The notes under the pieces: generated by a model
Database searches by the model: none
What the model was told of the DNA's origin: nothing
The model's input: only the letters and a program-made list of their open reading frames with translations
NCBI GenBank assembly: GCA_943789335.1
Contig: CALSTS010000003.1
Coordinates: forward strand, 158,774-222,773
Direction of reading: 5' to 3'
Length of the DNA stretch: 64,000 nucleotides
From: an uncultured Pseudomonadales bacterium
GTDB lineage: Bacteria > Pseudomonadota > Gammaproteobacteria > Pseudomonadales > Pseudohongiellaceae
Position numbers and translations under genes: made by a program
In this document: piece after piece, positions 60,808 through 64,000 of the stretch
Layout of the letters: each line of letters starts with the position of its first letter
Position numbering within the stretch: position 1 is the stretch's first letter

Positions 60808-62532
60808 TCAATTCAAGCTTAATGCTTGGGCGCTTCTCACTAGCTGTATGAATTCACTCCGATAGCCAAACTCGTCTTCACCTTTTGCACTTTGCGCTAA
60901 GTTGATCACTGTATCATAGTCTAATGTGCCAGCTTGATCACTGCCTCTAAGTAATTGTGCAAGCCCTGCAACAGCTGCAGAAAAACGATAATTATCCGAC
61001 GTATTTGTAAAATCTTCAGAAATATCTGAAGCTAAAAGTGCTCGCTCCAACAAGATGCTTTCATCTGAATCTGGCTCTTTGTATCGCAGCTTCAAAAATC
61101 CTAGCTCATCAACATTTCCAGACCCCACTGCACTTTCCTGATTGTATCTTAAGGAGTCCATACTTAGGCTTTCACTACCAAGCAATGCAATCTCATAAAT
61201 GGCCGTGACTGTATGTCCGGCACCTATTTCTCCTGCATCAACTTGATCATTATTAAAATCCTCTCGGGCCAGTTCGCGATTCTCATAACCCACAAGACGA
61301 TACTCTGCTACCACTGACGGATTAAATTCAATTTGAATTTTCACGTCCTTGGCAACTGTTTGCAAAGTGGAACTCATTTCATCTACCAATACTTTGCGCG
61401 CCTCATTAATATTGTCTATATAGGCATAATTACCATTACCCGCATCAGCCAGCTGTTCCATCATATGATCATTATAATTGCCTGTGCCGAATCCTAAGGT
61501 GGTCAGACTAATTCCTGATTCTCTTTTTTCCTCAATCAAATCCTTTAAAGCATCAACACTAGACATCCCAACATTAAAATCTCCATCCGTTGCAAGAATA
61601 ACGCGATTAATACCATCTTCTATAAAGGCTTGCTCTGCCATGGCATAAGCTAATTGAATACCCGCAGCGCCATTGGTACTGCCACCGGCTTGTAATCGAT
61701 CTAGCGCAGCACTGATCTCTCGGGTTTCATTTCCCGCAGTGGGCTCCAATACGACGCCAGAAGCGCCTGCATAAACCACCAAGGAGACACTATCTTGGGC
61801 ACTCAATTGTCGACTCAGCATTTTTAAAGAGTTTTTCAACAGATCTAGTTTATCGGGGCTCGCCATCGAGCCTGATACATCTACTAGAAAAACCAAATTA
61901 GTATGCAACTCATCAGTAGATGTCGGCTCATTCGCTTTGATTCCAATATGTAATAAATGCTTACCCGTATTCCAAGGACTAGTAGATACTTCTGTCATAA
62001 CACTAAATGGGACATTTGAATCAGTAATAGGGTAATTATAAGAAAAGTAATTAATCAGCTCTTCCGCTCTTACAGCATCAGCTGGAGGTAAATAACCCTG
62101 GTTCAACATGCGCCTTACATTACTGTAAGCCCCCGTATCAACATCAATGCTGAAGGTAGAAACTGCATTCTCAATGACTATTTGTATACCACTATCATCA
62201 AATTCTGCGTAATTTTCTGTACCGGCCTCTGGCAAGTACATCAGGTCTTGAGATATACCAATCCTGGTACCAGGCATCATAACTGGCGGACTCATCACAG
62301 CAATCTCAAGATCCATTTCAGCCTCTCTACTTTCTGATATCGCAGCTTCCTGTATGACTCTTTGTTGATTTTCGTTAACCCTGCCTGATGGTTCACTATC
62401 AATAAGTGGTAACTGCGTTGGAATTGCACCTGCATTTTCGACAACGGATTCCTGACCAGAATTACAGGCGGTCAAAACCACTCCTGCGATTAGTACAGAT
62501 AATAAAGTAGGTTTAAGTTTTAGATGTTTCAT
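60808..62532 (-). CDS. VWA-domain lipoprotein (YfbK-like; VWA plus a C-terminal DUF3520-like region)
   Basis: Lipobox LTAC and MIDAS motif DVSGSM in LVFLVDVSGSMAS, followed by further VWA motifs (TNGAAG, ILATDGDFN). Confidence 0.85.
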   Translation of the reverse strand: MKHLKLKPTLLSVLIAGVVLTACNSGQESVVENAGAIPTQLPLIDSEPSGRVNENQQRVIQEAAISESREAEMDLEIAVMSPPVMMPGTRIGISQDLMYLPEAGTENYAEFDDSGIQIVIENAVSTFSIDVDTGAYSNVRRMLNQGYLPPADAVRAEELINYFSYNYPITDSNVPFSVMTEVSTSPWNTGKHLLHIGIKANEPTSTDELHTNLVFLVDVSGSMASPDKLDLLKNSLKMLSRQLSAQDSVSLVVYAGASGVVLEPTAGNETREISAALDRLQAGGSTNGAAGIQLAYAMAEQAFIEDGINRVILATDGDFNVGMSSVDALKDLIEEKRESGISLTTLGFGTGNYNDHMMEQLADAGNGNYAYIDNINEARKVLVDEMSSTLQTVAKDVKIQIEFNPSVVAEYRLVGYENRELAREDFNNDQVDAGEIGAGHTVTAIYEIALLGSESLSMDSLRYNQESAVGSGNVDELGFLKLRYKEPDSDESILLERALLASDISEDFTNTSDNYRFSAAVAGLAQLLRGSDQAGTLDYDTVINLAQSAKGEDEFGYRSEFIQLVRSAQALSLN

Positions 62533-62632
62533 ATCACGCTCCTGTTTAGGCTCTTAAGCTCTGAATAAAATTGGTTTTCAGGCTTATAAACGTGAATATG
62601 AGGAAAAAGGGTTAATTCAAATGAAAAATATT

Positions 62633-63028
62633 TTATTCCAACAAATGAGTTAGCTCATTAGGTATAAATGGTTTGCCCTCGGTATTGACGGCCGTGCCGG
62701 TGATTTCGGCACTTAATAGGGTTCTCTCGTCGCCCTGTCGATGTATTTCCTGAATAAAAAGAAACTTTAAACGAGACTTCCTGGCAAAGCGGGTACGAAC
62801 GATAAATGAATCTCCACTTGTTAGTGAACCCTTATAATCCAGTTCAGCTCTAATAACGACCAGATTGATTCCATTCTTAGCTAAAGCAGCAAAATCTACC
62901 TTGTGACTCTTTAAATATTCATGTCGAGCGTGTTCAAGATAATTCTGATACACCGCATTATTCACAACACCTTGCAGATCACACTCGTAATCCCGAACTG
63001 ATAATTCTAATTCGCTGTATTCGCTCAC
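62633..63028 (-). CDS. 4HBT/YbgC-family acyl-CoA thioesterase
   Basis: VRDYECDLQGVVNNAVYQNYLEHAR hot-dog thioesterase N-terminal motif. 131 aa. Confidence 0.85.
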   Translation of the reverse strand: MSEYSELELSVRDYECDLQGVVNNAVYQNYLEHARHEYLKSHKVDFAALAKNGINLVVIRAELDYKGSLTSGDSFIVRTRFARKSRLKFLFIQEIHRQGDERTLLSAEITGTAVNTEGKPFIPNELTHLLE

Positions 63029-63112
63029 ATTAATTCTCCCAAAGAAAGATAAACGAGATTACTTGATTCCCTTTAACTTACACAAGTGCCATAAAATGGA
63101 ACTTGTAAAAAC

Positions 63113-63153
63113 TTATCCACAAGAGAAACCCTGTTGAGACTGCTTGTGGATAA
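63113..63153. promoter_or_regulatory. Two perfect consensus DnaA boxes in inverted orientation (TTATCCACA ... TGTGGATAA)
   Basis: Read directly. TTATCCACA is at 63113-63121 and TGTGGATAA at 63145-63153. They are part of an 11/12 inverted repeat, cttatccacaag / cttgtggataaa. Confidence 0.8.
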
Positions 63154-63477
63154 ATCTGTGTGGAACTTGCTGAATTTACTTTTGTCAATATGGCAACACT
63201 ACATTTTCAAAAAAAACATGAATTTAAAATATTTTAATTTACCTTATATATCAATCGGTTATGCTTATGAAAAGTTTAAAATAACTAGTTATTTAAACTT
63301 CTTAATCATTATTATTACAAAATTTCGCTATGTGCATAAAATCATTAGAGTTATTGTATTTATAATTACATTGTATATACAAACATCAAGCTTAGAGGCC
63401 CGGTTAATTTAAATGTTAAAGCGATAAATTTTGGTCACACTTCAAGGCCTCAAGAGTGAGTTGTAGCTCTTTTAAAC

Positions 63478-64000
63478 TTATTCAAATCGGTAGCCATAGG
63501 TTTGAATAATCTTTTTAGCTTTGTCGCTTTGCACAAAATCTAGAAAGTCTATGGCAGCCTGTTTATTTTCACCTCGTTTTAAAAGAAGCGCATCTTGTCT
63601 GATGGGGCTATGTAATTCTGAAGGAACCAGCCAAACCGAGCCTTCTATTAACGCTTCTAGCGCTTCATCTAGCGCTTCTTCCACCACTCCTGCTTGCATA
63701 ATTTGTGACAGAGCTACAAATCCAAGTTCAGCGTTTCCAGAATCAACAAACTGAAATGCTTGAGTGATATTCTCACCTTGCACCAAAAATTCTCTGGTGC
63801 TTTCTTGCAAACCAAGAGACGCCAACACTTCCAATGCGGCTACACCATAAGGTGCCAGTCTAGGATTAGCTATCGACAATTTATTAAAACTACCTTGTCG
63901 TAATAACTCACCCTCTGCTAATGGCAAACCAGGTGATTTAGACCATAAGGCCAGGGCGCCAATAGCATAGGTAAACCTGCTACTGTCCGATTCTCCACCT
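63478..64000 (-). CDS. modA: Molybdate ABC transporter substrate-binding protein, C-terminal part; N-terminus lies outside the window
   Basis: The frame stays open upstream of the track ORF to the window edge (..SRFTYAIGALALWSKSPG..). IANPRLAPYGVAA..AL..LG and GFVALSQ are ModA-like motifs. Confidence 0.8.
   Translation of the reverse strand, partial: GGESDSSRFTYAIGALALWSKSPGLPLAEGELLRQGSFNKLSIANPRLAPYGVAALEVLASLGLQESTREFLVQGENITQAFQFVDSGNAELGFVALSQIMQAGVVEEALDEALEALIEGSVWLVPSELHSPIRQDALLLKRGENKQAAIDFLDFVQSDKAKKIIQTYGYRFE

Noticed and set aside
63134-63412. 92-aa ORF (MRLLVDKSVWNLL...).
   Set aside because: It lies in the ~80% A+T tract. Its low-complexity I/K/F/Y-rich composition is what AT-rich non-coding DNA would produce. 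TTG start, no RBS.
63029-63477. Calling this gap the chromosomal replication origin outright.
   Set aside because: There are only two strong DnaA boxes, no GATC cluster, no recognisable 13-mer DUE repeats, and atypical flanking genes. It is kept as a hypothesis in the findings rather than annotated as oriC.

Overview
This is an AT-rich gammaproteobacterial chromosomal segment, roughly 40% GC by eye. It is built on a well-conserved housekeeping backbone: cysM, recO-era-rnc-lepB-lepA, degP-rseC-rseA-rpoE divergent from nadB, sdhE/ygfZ, tRNA-Val + tRNA-Asp, queD, aspC, purEK, rlmH-rsfS-nadD-proA, serA-serC, mpl, pfk, pdxH, bcp and modA. I see no rRNA, CRISPR array, transposase or intact prophage.

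The strongest signal is gene decay. At least 11 loci are disrupted by homopolymer-associated frameshifts, in-frame TAA/TAG codons, truncations or chimeric fusions. They are nadB, a deacetylase fragment fused to an integrase remnant beside tRNA-Asp, a CHASE2 cyclase, a KefB-like antiporter, a CBM9/DUF5916 protein, an ABC-ATPase::HlyD chimera, and a four-gene block at 53.8-57.1 kb. Core genes remain intact.

I did not find an unambiguous new multi-gene system. The best leads are:
- a DUF1611 + PLP-racemase pair behind an extended -10 promoter and a structured, SD-sequestering leader;
- an rpoE-rseA operon that lacks rseB and carries a 10-bp tandem repeat in its intergenic spacer;
- a pair of perfect inverted DnaA boxes next to a ~230-bp, roughly 80% A+T tract, with a sigma-E-like promoter facing no gene;
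- several secreted eukaryote-like proteins (endostatin-like, MORN, CotH, VWA, trypsin-like).

All family assignments come from motif recognition by eye. No searches were run.
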